A program made the position numbers and the translations under genes. Of a stretch of DNA of 64,000 nt, positions 1 to 12,710 are shown one piece after another. The notes below the pieces were generated by a model. The model saw only the letters and a program-made list of their open reading frames with translations, was not told where the DNA came from and made no database searches. This DNA is from Neophaeotheca triangularis (lineage: Eukaryota), in the NCBI GenBank assembly GCA_054600435.1, contig BAAIJX010000027.1, positions 1 through 64,000 of the forward strand, read 5' to 3'. Numbering within the stretch: position 1 is the first letter of the stretch; the number at the start of each line of letters is the position of its first letter.

Positions 1-78
1 TTTTTTTTTTTTTTTTTTTTAATAAAAAAATATAAATAATTTTGTGTCCCCCCGGGGGCCCCTTTTATTTTTTTTTTT

Positions 79-126
<48 letters not shown>
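1..126. repeat. Poly-T/poly-A/poly-C homopolymer runs at the window start; probable low-quality contig end
   Basis: T20 at 1-20 and ~46 consecutive C at 80-126; no telomeric repeat. Confidence 0.7.
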
Positions 127-127
<1 letters not shown>

Positions 128-687
128 TTCAGGTTGACAGGGGAAACCGACCAAAGCCAGACCACGCGCCAACCACATCAATTTGCTGCGTCGTTGTTAG
201 CGGCGCCGCGAACGGCTACTATTTCCGCCCATTAGCATCAAGGAAAAGGAATAGGATTCGAGGCTCACCCGACATGCTTTGCAACCAAGCTCAACTGGGC
301 CGTGGCGCCAGCGCGCGATTGTCTACTAGCAAGACACGCTATCCCGCCCCGGTGCTCACCGTTGCCCCCCCCTATCCGAGCCATCCATCTCGGACTGTTC
401 GTTCGCATGCACGATAACCTCAGCCTCTCCCTTGACAACAACCCTTTCCCCAGTTTCACCTCTCACCTCGTGCGAAACCGTATCCTTACCCTTACCGCCA
501 AAACACACATACACCCACACCCACACACACACACACACCTTCTTCCTTTTGCTTTCTTGTCCATTTCTCTCGCTCACTACGAATGCCGCTGTTCTAATAA
601 TTCTTTTTATTTTAATATTACCTACTTGCTTCTTCTTCAGGCCGACTGTTGCTCGCGCCCAGTTGGCGACGCCCTCAACCAGACGCC

Positions 688-2582
688 ATGATGTTTTGCT
701 TCTCGCCGCTCGTCGATAATGTCCTCCTCGTCGCAGCTTTCACCTACCTCTTCAGCCCTCTGATTCTTCCACACGCTCAAGCCGCTACTGCCGACCAATG
801 GCGATCAAGATCCATCTATCAGGTCATGACGGACCGCTTCGCCATGAGCGGACAAGGCGGAGAACACACAATAGAACATTGCCAAAACTTCGGACTGTAC
901 TGCGGCGGTACATGGCAAGGATTGATGGACAACTTGGACTACATTCAAGGCATGAATTTCAACGCCATTTGGGTGTCGCCCGTCGTCGCCAACCTACCAC
1001 AACATACCATTGACGGCGAGGCCTACGCTGGATACTGGTCTCAAGACATTTACGGGCTGAATGAAAACTTTGGTTCGGCTTACGAATTGAAAGCGCTGGT
1101 GCAGGCCATGCATGAGAGGGACATGTATTTCATGATGGACGTGGTGCCAAACCACATGGGGTACAACGGGAATGTGACGAATCCCATCGACTACTCGGTC
1201 TTTTCCCCCTTCAACGATGAAAAGTACTACCACCCTTACTGCGAGATGGACTACTCGGGAACCAACGCCACGGCGCTGCAGGAATGCTGGCTTGGTAGCG
1301 AGGAGGTACCTCTCGTCGACTTACGAACCGAAGACGACGAGGTAGCAGACAAATTCGGCGACTGGATCGAATGGATGGTGGAAACTTACGATGTCGACGG
1401 TCTGCGTATTGACGCAGGAGTCAATGTCGGACCAGACTTTCTCGAGAAATTCGTAAAGAGAGCCGGTATCTTCGCTACCGCAGAAGTATACATCGAGGAC
1501 ACTACAATCGCCTGCCAATACCAGGAGGCCATGGGTAGCGTCTTGAACTATCCTCTGCATTGGCCAATGGTTGCTGCGTTCCAGAAAGGCGGCGATGGCT
1601 TCGACGCTCTGGCCGATATGATGAAGCAGCAAGCCGACTCTTGTCCAGATGTGACCACTCTCGCGACTTTTAGCGAGGTAAGTAGTAGATGCGAACGCAG
1701 ATCCAACCCCATTTCTCACGACTAACTCCTCCAATCCAGAACCAAGACGTGCCTCGTTTTGCCAACTACACACAAGACATGGCCCATGCCAAGAACGTGG
1801 CGGCGTACGTCTTGATGGCCGACGGTATTCCTGTCATTTACCAAGGCATTGAGCAACACTTCACGGGCGGCACCGACCCTTTCACCAATCGCGAGCCTGT
1901 CTGGCAGACCGAATTCGATGTCTTCACTCCGATTTACCGTCAAATTGCAGTCCTCAACACTCTGCGCCTGCACATGGCGCGCACTGACGACGACTACATT
2001 ACGACACAGACCAAGGTCCTCTCCACGAGCTCCGACTTCATGGCCATGAGCAAGGGCAAGGGATCCGCATCCGTCGTCAGCGTCTTCACAAACCGAGAAG
2101 CAGACAGCTCATCCTCGTCTCTCGACATCTCCGACAGCCCCTTCGACTCGAACACGGAGCTCACGGAAGTGCTGAGCTGCGACACACTCACCACCGACTC
2201 CGACGGCGGCTTCTCGGCCGAAACCACGGGCGGCGAACCCCTGGTTTTCGTCGCCTCGGACATGCTCAAAAACTCGTCTCTCTGTGGCCACGACGGCAAG
2301 AAGTTCGCCCAACCAAACCTTGAGCAGTCTACCACCCAACGCGTCCAGAGCGCCACCTCCGCCTCTGGCAGCAGTGCGCCAACTTCCACTGCCGTTGCCA
2401 CTATACCCGTGGTGCACTACTCAGAGACCGCTGTTACCGCCAACCCGACCGCCACCGGGAGCGACTCGGCCGCTAGCTCGACAGTCATCTCGAGCTGGAG
2501 CTGGGCCCCTGTCTCTCTGCTCGCCATCATAATATCAAACGGCTTGCTTGGCGCAGGTCTCGTGATGGACAGACGGCGGTAA
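688..2582 (+). CDS. Secreted, probably GPI-anchored GH13 alpha-amylase-like protein (Agt/Aah-like); 2 exons, 688-1677 and 1740-2582
   Basis: Signal peptide; WRSRSIYQVMTDRFA, YCGGTWQG, DVVPNH, DGLRID, AEV; splicing the GT-AG intron 1678-1739 gives FSENQD; Ser/Thr-rich linker and hydrophobic C-terminus. Confidence 0.92.
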
Positions 2583-5500
2583 TCAAACCATGGCGAAATT
2601 TCTGTTTTCAACTGGGTCCAGCAGGCAGGCGTTTTCTAAGAAAAAGGGGGGCCGGGTGCTCCTTACCCACGGGGCGGATGATTTGTACCTTTTGTCTTTC
2701 CCGATTTGTCAATGGCGCGGAGGTTCACATCATCATTGCGGGTTTTTTTGTCCAAACAGTATAGACTTTAGAGGGGGGAGTGGTTTTATTCTTTCAGCGC
2801 CACCGAGGCCGTGGTGGTGGGTGGTTTGTAGTTGGCTACAGTTCTACAGGCTACGGGAGGGAGGACATGTATACGACGACGTCTTGAATACTAGGTACAC
2901 GTTGTACATAGCCTTCTTGCGGCAATTGACGACAAGAAAATAAATAAAAGAATCCGTGCCTTTTGCCTTTTGTTGCGTGCTTTGTTCTGGTGTCTCTATC
3001 GTCGCCTTAGGGAGGGCTGGCTTGTTTAGCTTGCTGAGAACTTCGGTACAGGTAGACGACTGTGATATCGCTGACGATGCGTTCGGCGAGTAGCGAGTGC
3101 CCTTTTCCCTTGATCCCACACGAGCGGAACTCACATAAATCGTCCTCGTTACCATTTTTCCATACATCTTCACAAGCTCTTCTCGTCGTATCAACGAAGC
3201 AATCAATCAGCATCCACGACAACCCGAACTAAGTTTTTTTTTGTCCGTCTGACTACTATATAGTAGGGCTGGGTAGTTATCAGCAATCTCAGCACGCCAT
3301 ATCTATATATATCTAGAACGACAACCCGACCGACCGACCCCTTTGAGCTTTTTTAAAACCATCTCGGAAGTTTACCTAGGCAAGACTCGATGCGCATCTT
3401 CTTGCGATGATTACGCTACGCTGCAAACTCCCTTCGTCCATTGAATTGGAATGCGGTCCCAAGATCCCTCGGAACGCTACCTACAATGTCGTCGGACCAC
3501 TACGGCTTCCTTGCCCTGCCTTACCGTGGGCCTGGCTGGCATTGTGATTTCTCCTGGGCATTGGCTTTTCCCCTACTGCTGCTGGATGCGTCGACTGGAA
3601 CCTCGACAGTCCTTCTCCGGCTTTCTCCCGCTCTCCCCATTGCAAGGTTTCGCGGCCAGCGCAGCGCTATGTTCGATATTGCTTAGATCGACCTTCACCT
3701 TGCTCGCGATAAGCGGGCTCACTGGAGAGTAGATCCAGTGTCGTCTCAGCAAGCGCCGTAATGGTGGACGACGTTGCGGGCTTGATCTTGTTGCACATCA
3801 TGCCGAGTTTGGGGACTGGCTCGGACTTTGACGAAATCAATGTCATTAGGTCTGTGCTTGTGTCGAGCGCCTTCGCCGTCATTGTTCCTCTCATCTGTCT
3901 TTTCATCGCGAGGCCTATTCTATTCTACTGGGCGTGAGGAAGTACATCGAGCGGCCGCAATACGCTCGGTACAGGTCATTGTTCTACTCATCGAAAGCCG
4001 CCTTTTGTGTACCAAGCGAGAGCTTTTTGCTGGCTATGGTTAAGGATGCTACGTATGCGGGTACATCCAACCTCTTCGCTGCACACCTTGCAAGGGCTCC
4101 GGTGACCTGGCTCGGAGAGGAAAGCGCTGTTGCTGCAGGACAATAGCAGCGCTCCGATATTGCGACCACTGTAACCTCAACCCGACCATCAACCTTATCG
4201 CCTTCGAAGAGCTCGTAATCGACAGACTCGAGGCCGATACGGACAGTAGACGGTGTCACATTCCCTAGCACAGCTACCGAAGACCGCGTCACCGAAGACT
4301 CTTCAGGCAAGAAGATCTACGAACCCGTCGTCGAAGCGCTTCTGCGTCCCATTCTTTTTCGCCTCGGTCAGTTTCGCAATCCCCATCACCCGTACGTTCA
4401 CAGGACGTGTAATCTGGCGTGGCGAAGTCTACACGGTTCTCATGGTGTTTGCGAAGATAATTTGCGGCGTGCGACTAGTGCGCTTTCCCTCCATGCCGTA
4501 GTCTGCGAAGAGACTCTCCAACACGATTCCATCGTTTGGTCTGCTGAGAGGAGGCACGACCACCGCAGGCCACGAGGATCCCAACGAGAAGGACACCGGG
4601 TTCAGCGAAAACCAGGCTTTCCCAGCCGCAAGAGAGCCAGTAGACAGCTCAAGCCAGCAACCCTAGAGCGGTCTCCCTCCTACAAGCCCCGAAAATCTCG
4701 AGACCGAGAGCAGCGATAGAATGCCTAGAACGCGGGAAAGAGGCAAAAGAAGACTCGCCCGCATCCTCCCTTTCCTCAAACCAAACCAAGGCCCCTAACA
4801 TTCCCGCAAACGCCTTACCACGAGCACCACTCCCCCTCGCCCCAAATCCCTCTATCCAGCTACTATACTCGGCAGTTCTAATATTTCCGACGAAGTCTCC
4901 CCGTAGGCGATTCTGCTGTGCACTCTTATCCGGCCCATTACGGTAGGGTTGCTGATCAAGCGGGTTCGAAGATTACAGCAGAAGCTGGAAGTTGAGCGGG
5001 ACGGGGGTAGAGAGGCGGCGCTGGGGATCTGGAGGGGTTGGGGGTGCCGTGGGCTCGAGAGTCGCTAGCGGTACTGCTCCTCATGCTGCTGGTGGAGGGC
5101 TTGGATGAGTGGGGGATCTCTAAGTCGAGCGGGTTTGCTGGCAGTGGACTAGACAGTTATCCTCAAAGGATTCGTCGATACCACAGCTACTTGAGCCGGC
5201 CTGCTTCTGCCTAACACTTGCATCCTCGGGGGTCATCGCCGCAAAATTTCGAAATAGCTGACTCTCTTACGGTCAGCGCTAACATACGTAAGGTAGTGGG
5301 GATGCGCTCACCGAGAGTCCAGCGTACACATCGATGCTTCGACTTGTTTAACCACCTCTAGAGGTCGAAAGTTTGCTTCCGCAAAGACACGTAGAAGTGC
5401 GACGAGAAAGCTAAGCGCTCTGATAGAAGTATCCACGATAGCTTGTGACGTGCCCTCCGATCGACGGCGGTCTCAATCTCGCAGATATTGCCGGGGACAT

Positions 5501-5629
5501 TCGCCAAGGGGGCGGGTACGAGAGGTGGAATGGTATAGCGTAGACTAATGTTCCGGAGAGGACGACGCTGTACCGTAGTCTTGATAGTCTTGACATAGAA
5601 TCAGGCTCATGCTTACATTAGTACAGTTA

Positions 5630-5950
5630 CGCTCACGCTCACGCCTCTGCTCACGCCCTACGCTTTCGCTCCCGCTCTACACTTACGCTCCTACTTACAA
5701 TACGTTCTTTCCAACGCTCGACATTCCCGCTCGATGCTCTAGCTCGATACTCCCGCTCCTACTCCTACTCGATACTCCTCTTCAATACTCCTACTCGATA
5801 CTCCTACTCGATACTCACGCTCGCTCGACACATCTACCCCTAATTAAACTCCTACTTCCTTTCGGTGGTACTCCCGCTCGATACTCCTACTCCCGCTCAC
5901 ACTCACACTCCCGCCCCTACTCCCCCTTCTACTCGCGCTCACACCTACAC
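5630..5950. repeat. Degenerate low-complexity tandem repeat (CTCCTACTCGATA / CTCACG units)
   Basis: Repeated ctcctactcgata and gctcac units are directly visible. Confidence 0.7.
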
Positions 5951-6351
5951 CTACAACTTGACAAGAAAGTCACCTACACATCAACCAAAAAAAAAAAAGA
6001 AAAAAAAAAGGAGATAAAAGTGAAACGAGCAAAGGGGAAGAAAGTTCTCGACAGAAACACGACACACGAGACACACAATTGACTCATGGACACACCTAGA
6101 ACGATGAGATAACCCCCTAGCCCGCCACCCCCCCCTACACAGTACCTACCTACCAAAATACCGAGAGATAAACCCACGGCCACGAGAAGAACAAGCCAAG
6201 CCAAGCCAAGACAAGAAGAAGTAGAAAAGACAAAAGCAAAAGCAGAAAGCAAGCATCTAATCATGTTAAAGTCGTAAAAAACCTATAAAAAAAAGCCCCG
6301 CCCACCAATCCCCTTCCCCCCCCTCCCTTTTCTTCCCAAACCCCACACCCC

Positions 6352-7685
6352 TCAAACCCGATGCCCGCCGTTATTGAACTCGTGATGCCGCTCCTTGGAG
6401 CCGTGCGAACTGTCATAAGGCGAAACCATCTTATCTTCACGACCGTGGTCGTGGTGAGCGGCCTGTTGGCAATTCCGGACGAAGACGTTGGCGGTGTCGA
6501 AATCGGCGGCCACTTCTTCTTCCGCCGTTAACCATAGGTACCTAGCGAGAGGAGGGATGGGTTGTTAGTGGAAAGCCGGGGGAGAGACATGGGAAGAAAG
6601 AGAGGGGGGAGGGAAATGGTGATCGATACGCTCGTGCCGTGCGCAGCTAGCACGGATGGAGAAATGAGAGAGCAGAGCCGGTGAGGGTTGGTTGGGAACG
6701 TACCAATACGAGACGCCGACGAATCCGGCACCGCCGATGATGTTGCCCAGGGCGGCGGGGATGAGGGATTTCCAAATGTAGTAGCCGACGCCGAAGGGGG
6801 CGCCGTAGTAGATGCCGATGGGGACGAGGAAGAAGTTTGCGATGACGTGGTTGAAGCCTAGCATGACGAAGATGAAAATCGGCCACCAGATGGCGAAGAT
6901 TTTGCTTATGACTTCGCGCGCGATGGTGCCTTGGTAGACGGCGAGGCAGACGAGCCAGTTGCCTGGGTTGGGGGGTTAGTTTTGTTTTTGTTTTTGGGTT
7001 TGTTTGGCGCTGGGGCTTGGCAGGGGGGGGAGGGGGTAGTTTGTGTGCGGGTTTTGGAGGGGATGTGGTTGGGCTGGCGCTTACAGCCTATTGCGCTCAG
7101 GAAGATTTCGTGCCAGGCGTGGTCTTGGGCTTTGCCGACGGCGTAGTCGACGGTATGGGCCTGGGCGGAAGCAGAGCTGAAGACGCCGCCCCAGATGCAG
7201 ATGGGGAAGCAGAAGAAGAGGATGCCGCCGCAGTTGGCGATGAAGGAGATTGCCCAGGTCTTGAGCACGCCCAAGACAGTGGCGCGGCGTTCGAGTAGGG
7301 CTACGGTCGTATACTGTCGATGAGAAGGAGGAGTCGTCAGTGGGAGCGTTCACGGACGGACGCGGGGGCTCGAAGAGGGCGGTCTTACGAAGACGGTACT
7401 CGTCCACAACTCGGCGCCCGTCAAAGCGATGGTGATCAAACCGACGGGGAAAACAGCACCGGCAAGGACTGAGATGGGGCCTGGTGCATTCTCTTGAAAC
7501 CACGGGGCATCGCCGGCGACGAGGGCGGCCGCGCAGCCAAAACCAATGTATGCTCCTCCGAGAATACTGTTGTAGATGAATTTGTCGAGACGCATCTTGC
7601 ACTTTTTCTCGCCGCTGCGAGCGATCAATTGCATGGCCTGTTGCGGCGTAAAGGCATCTTCTTGCTGTGGGCTAAACTGCGACAT
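6352..7685 (-). CDS. Formate/nitrite transporter (FNT) family channel; 4 exons
   Basis: Spliced product contains FPVGLITIALTGAELWT, AIGCNWLVCLA, GFNHVIAN and LGNIIGG; three canonical introns (7388-7314, 7084-6963, ~6703-6542). Confidence 0.93.
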
Positions 7686-8997
7686 TTTGACCTTTTCGCG
7701 GGGCTGTCTGGTCTGGGAGTTTGGCGAGGACGAGGGCGAGGTGAAAGGGACGGAATGACTGGGGTGAGCGGAAGTCATATTATCGCCTTTTACAAATGCT
7801 GGGGACAGAGTTGAGACTATGCTTGAAGGTTGCGACTAAGAGATGTTACGATGTTTGTTTCTCAGCAGCCGTGGAGGTTGTCCAGAGTACTAGTCCGGAC
7901 GATGGCCAAGTTAGAAGATGCTAGGGAATAACGATTGAATGGGATGAACATGGCATGGGGCAATGTCATTTGCTAGGTAAAGGTACGGGGCGTTCTCAGA
8001 TAGGTACCTTTGACCTCTACCATGTCGTCACTCTTCCGTGCCGTGTGATATGCCTCCCTCCAATTTGGTCTTAGCGCGCATAGGATAGGTAGTCGAGGAG
8101 GGCAATTGGAAGAGAATGAGAGTTTTTGTCAGCCATCCATACCTTAAGGTTACCTTATGCTCCTGACGGATACAACTTGCCGTGCCTGACCGCCAATAAT
8201 AATAATGATAATGTAACGTCGGTAGTTGATAAGGCCGATGCATGTCAAACCCCGTCATGGAGGACGAGTCAAGAAGATTCCATTCCATTCCTCCACTACC
8301 TCTTATTTTGATAAATTTACTCTGCAATACCTCCATCACCCTTCAATCCCGGATCTGGAGAACCCCCTCAAAGATCGCCACCGCTTCCCCATCTTTCAAC
8401 TGCGTCACCAGCAGGGCGGGTTGATGTTATAATTGAAGAGCGCGTCTTCTCCAAAAGCTTCTCGAGGCTTCGCCTTGGTTTCTCGCCGGCAAGTCGGCTG
8501 GGCATCTGGCTTGGCTGGCGTGGAAGTTGTGGAGTTTGTGGACCTTTTGCTCTTCGCTTCCAGCTTAGCTCGGCTGGGGAGGTAGTGCGGAGCAACTTGC
8601 ACCGTTGGTGGAGAAATAATGATCAAGTAGGTAGGTATTCATGTAGCGCTTGTATGTCTCGTGTGCTTGCCATCAAGGTATGGTGTACTGAGTGACGTTG
8701 AGGTAATATTCATCAAGACACTAGCCATCAGCACAATATAGAGCCTTATTATAAGTTGCAGGTGTTCTCAATACAAAGACGATTCAAAGCGCCACCGTCC
8801 AGCCCGTCCGGATTCCTCATTTCATTCCATTTCATCCCAAGTGTTCGAAAAAACCCGCTCATCTTCTTTCCCTTTCCGCACGTCAAGTGCTTCCCTTGCC
8901 CTCCCTCACCATCATCTAGCCAAACACCACATATCCTATCCTCTGTCTCCCTTACTGAGCTCCCCGGCCACCTGGACCTCTCAAATTTCAGCAAACT

Positions 8998-11900
8998 TCA
9001 GTCTTCCCTATACCCACTTTTGGTGAAATAAGTCGAGGTGAAGTTCGCGCCGGCTAGATTTTGTTGTATTCTTTGCTGTTGCTGTTGCTGATGTGGTTGC
9101 GAGTCAAGAGGCTCATCGTACCGCGCCCCGCCGCCGCCGCTGTCCTCGGCGTAGTTCTGCGACTGCTGCTGATTCGAGTTGGAACCGGGGTAGGTGGTCG
9201 TCGAGGATGACGCGGCTGAGTACGTGGGGTGTTGGTCTGGCTGGGAGCTGAAGGTGAAGGGGTCGAAAGCCGCCGCAGTGTGGGCGTAGGAGGTATTGCT
9301 GCTGGTGTTGACATTGTTGCTGGGGTTGTAGGACCCCGTGGTATTATTGCTGTTGTTGGTGTTGCTGGGATTTGGGTTCATGTAATCGTAGCCCTGCGTA
9401 GTGAAAGAGGCGTAGTCGAAGTCGGGGATGTTGAGGTCGCCGGTGTTGGTATCGGGGGAGAAATATTCATTGAATTGGGCCTGCAGGGATTTGTAAAGTC
9501 AGCGGTGTAACGGCAGTGATTTGAGGAGTGGAAGGATTATGAAGCTCACCCAATCGATATCTTCCATCAAACCGCTCATTTGCGAATCGCCTGGTGGTGC
9601 TGAATCTCCAAGAAGCTCACCAGCCCCTGCAATCTCGCCGTCACTCCCGCTTCCAACACCACCGGGAACAGTAGGCGTGAGTGGGCTGTTGAAATTGAGA
9701 GGGGGAAAAGGTCCCGTCTGTCCGCCGACGGGGACCTGGTTCGCAAGCATGTCCATCAACTCAGCACCCTCGCCCTCGGGTGTCGGTTTGCCATTGCCGC
9801 TCTCAGCGGCGTCTCGGAGTCTGACTACGGCGCTCAGACTAAACTGTCTGCCCATGGAACCGATGCGTTGTTCCTGCTCGACAGAAGCCCGCACTTTGCG
9901 CGCTTGCGCGTACTGCTCCATGCGGTCGCGGAGGTCGGTGAGAATGAGCTCGGCTTTTGCTTTTGGCGGGAGATGGGATGGGACGTCAAAGATGTAGTCG
10001 AGGGATCTCCAAATGCGGGGCGCTTCTTTACGCATTGGAAAGGCGTAGACTTCGATCATGAGGAGGAGGCTGGAATGGTATTGATTGAGAGCGCCGCGGT
10101 CTGTATAGAGAGTGGTGGGTTAGTAGGAGTGATTCATTGCTGAGTTGAGAGAGTTTGTACATACACCAGGCGAATGGCTGGAGCATTGGCATTGTATCGA
10201 TATCAATTGCTGCTTCCATATGAAGCGTGCCTGCCTCGAGGAGGATTTGGCGCAAGCGATCGGGCATTCTTTGTGCTGTAGAGAACAAGTAACGGTGCAG
10301 TGCTTGTATGTAATAGCCTTCCAGGTACCCAGTGAGGACTTTACGTGCGAACAAATGCAGCGGTATACTTTCGTCAAGCATAGGCAGGAACTTGTCTGAC
10401 ATTTTTGTGCGGAACTTCTGAATCCTGACGAGCATGGACTGCAGCGTCTTCTTCTTGCGGTCAATCGCTGCGATGTCCCCGTTGAGTGACCGGTTCATCT
10501 CGGGACATTGCATGCGGATTAGCGAGACAGTCATGTCGGTGAAGTGTGGAGAATCTTCTGTTGGTGGGTTTGGCTTGAGAAGGTCAATATCGTCAACGTT
10601 CAGCGGCAGTGCCGTGTCAAACTCGTCCTGTCGAATAGACGGACGAGGTCCTGTCGCCATTGCAGTGCGGAGGTCGAGAAAACATAGCTGATACCATACC
10701 ATGCGGCGAACGTGTGTTTCGACTGGTGATAAGCCGTAGTGAGTGCCGTCCCTGTGCAAGCCCATGCATTCCGCAAGTCGAATGGCAGTCCCAGTCAATG
10801 CTGAATGTGCTCGGGAGACCTCCGCTCGACACAGTGGAATGAGATACATGACAAAAGCCTGCATAGTGTCCACACGCGTTGTGCGGAGGAAGTTGGCTTT
10901 CGAAAGCGCCATTTCGGTTCCGGATCGAAGACTGTCCATTAAAGCGGCTTTCGTAGCACCAAACTGTTGCAGGGCTTGATCTCCAGTCATGCTGACAGAA
11001 GCAGAGAACATGGCTGCAAAGACTATTGCCTGTATTGAGGCAGTTGGCTCGGTTCCCATGGCAATGCGATCCCAGAAAGTTTGGTACTGGGCCTCAAACG
11101 TCGGTCGATGAACGCAGCGGCATATGTAGTGTACAGATGTCCAATACTGGGTCATTAGCTGGTCTGAAGCGTATCGTGAAGGTAGGTAGTCGAGTAGTGA
11201 CGTTTGCACGTTGGTGCCGGGAAAGTAAAAGCTCGAAGCTGGTGCAATATAATCAGGGCCAGGTCCGAGGTAGCCTTTGGGTGTGGCTCGTATACGCTGA
11301 GCGGTGCCGTAGCCTTCCCTTGGATCTTGAGTGCCCGTTGTCGTTGTTTGAGAGCTAGGTCCGCTCGAGCTGTCCTTTGTGACCTCTTTCAGGGTGTCGT
11401 TGAGCTCCTGCACCAGTTGGGGTCTGACCATCCCGCCTACCCTTTCCGTGATGCGCATACGGCCCATTTGGACTCCCAAATCCATCAATTCGTCATCCGC
11501 ATCGTCTCCATGTTGGTAAATTGTGTCGTGTCCCACTAATGGAGTAGGCTCGAGAAAGCCCAGATCATCGGCCTCGCCCGCCTCCTCCTCGCTGCTTTCG
11601 TCCTTGACTTCGCTCAACATTGACGAGCCTCTTGCCACAGCACCAGGAACATAGGGTTTGTTGGAGGGCTTTTTGGCAACGTCTCGCTCAAGTGTCTTTT
11701 CAAGCGTACCCATTCTCTCTTTGATATCTGCAAGCTTCTGCTGGCTGTGCTGATCGAGAGAGGGGGCAAGATACAAGCAGTCCCGCCGGAAGCGGGCACA
11801 GTTACTGCAAGGCGCCGTCTTGTCGCATTTGAGCTTCCTGCGTCTGCACTCCAAACACGAAGCTATGACACGATTCCGCCGCCGTATCCTCGGTGCAGTG

Positions 11901-12037
11901 GAGTGCGTGTCCCGGGGTGCGGTCGAGTTGAGTCTCTCACCACTAGCAGACGCGGCATTGTTTGACGGACTTACCCATTCAGCCGCATCCTCTGATGCAG
12001 TTGACGCCGGCTGGTACATCCACGAGGCGTTGGACAT
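8998..12037 (-). CDS. Zn(II)2Cys6 transcription factor with fungal-specific TF (middle homology) domain; 3 exons
   Basis: CLECRRRKLKCDKTAPCSNCARFRRDC cluster; RLAECMGLHRD and RRMVWYQL motifs; introns ~10164-10101 and ~9550-9481 join the three ORF segments in frame. Confidence 0.93.
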
Positions 12038-12710
12038 TTCGAAGAGAGATGTTCGCTGAGAGCTTCGATTACGGCCGAGAGAGATGGGTCACCGGACTGG
12101 TTTTGCTTTGCTTATGCGCCCCTGGTTTTGGGGAGGAAGCTCAAGGCGAAGAGGCTTTCTTAGTCAAGATGATACGTCGACAAAGGAGTCACCGAATGGC
12201 ACGAAAACAAAAGGCTGAAGCGGATGCGGAAGAGTCGATTTCAAGGAATCCTTGCAGATCTAAGGGAAGCAGCTGCTATGGCCGGGGAGCTTGCTCGATG
12301 GGGAGGGAGAGATAGACAGGTCCGGTGTCATTCAAGCTCTAGGCTGCAGCATATTGGCTTGTCGTGGTTGGCGTGTCAGCTGTATTTATCAGGCGGGAGC
12401 TGTGCCACAGCAAGTCGATTCGATTCAATCAATAATCGAAATAATGAGCCGTCTTGTACTCGATCGGGTACCTCTTTTAACATGTTGTACTTGCGAATGC
12501 GAGACAACCCAAATGCGCTAGCGACGCCAAAAGCTTACATAGCGTGACATGCACGTGAACATGGAATAACCTGCTGAGTCACGCAGGTCTTTTCGGCTCA
12601 GTTTCCGTCCGGGGGCCGCGCTCTCCCGTCTCCTTCACATGCAGTAACACTCCAAACTGACGGGATCAACCTGAGCTCCCAGCATCGACCTCCCTGGGCA
12701 TCTTCAAATC

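Noticed and set aside
44..235. Poly-Pro ORF at the window start
   Set aside because: It derives from a poly-C homopolymer at a probable low-quality contig end.
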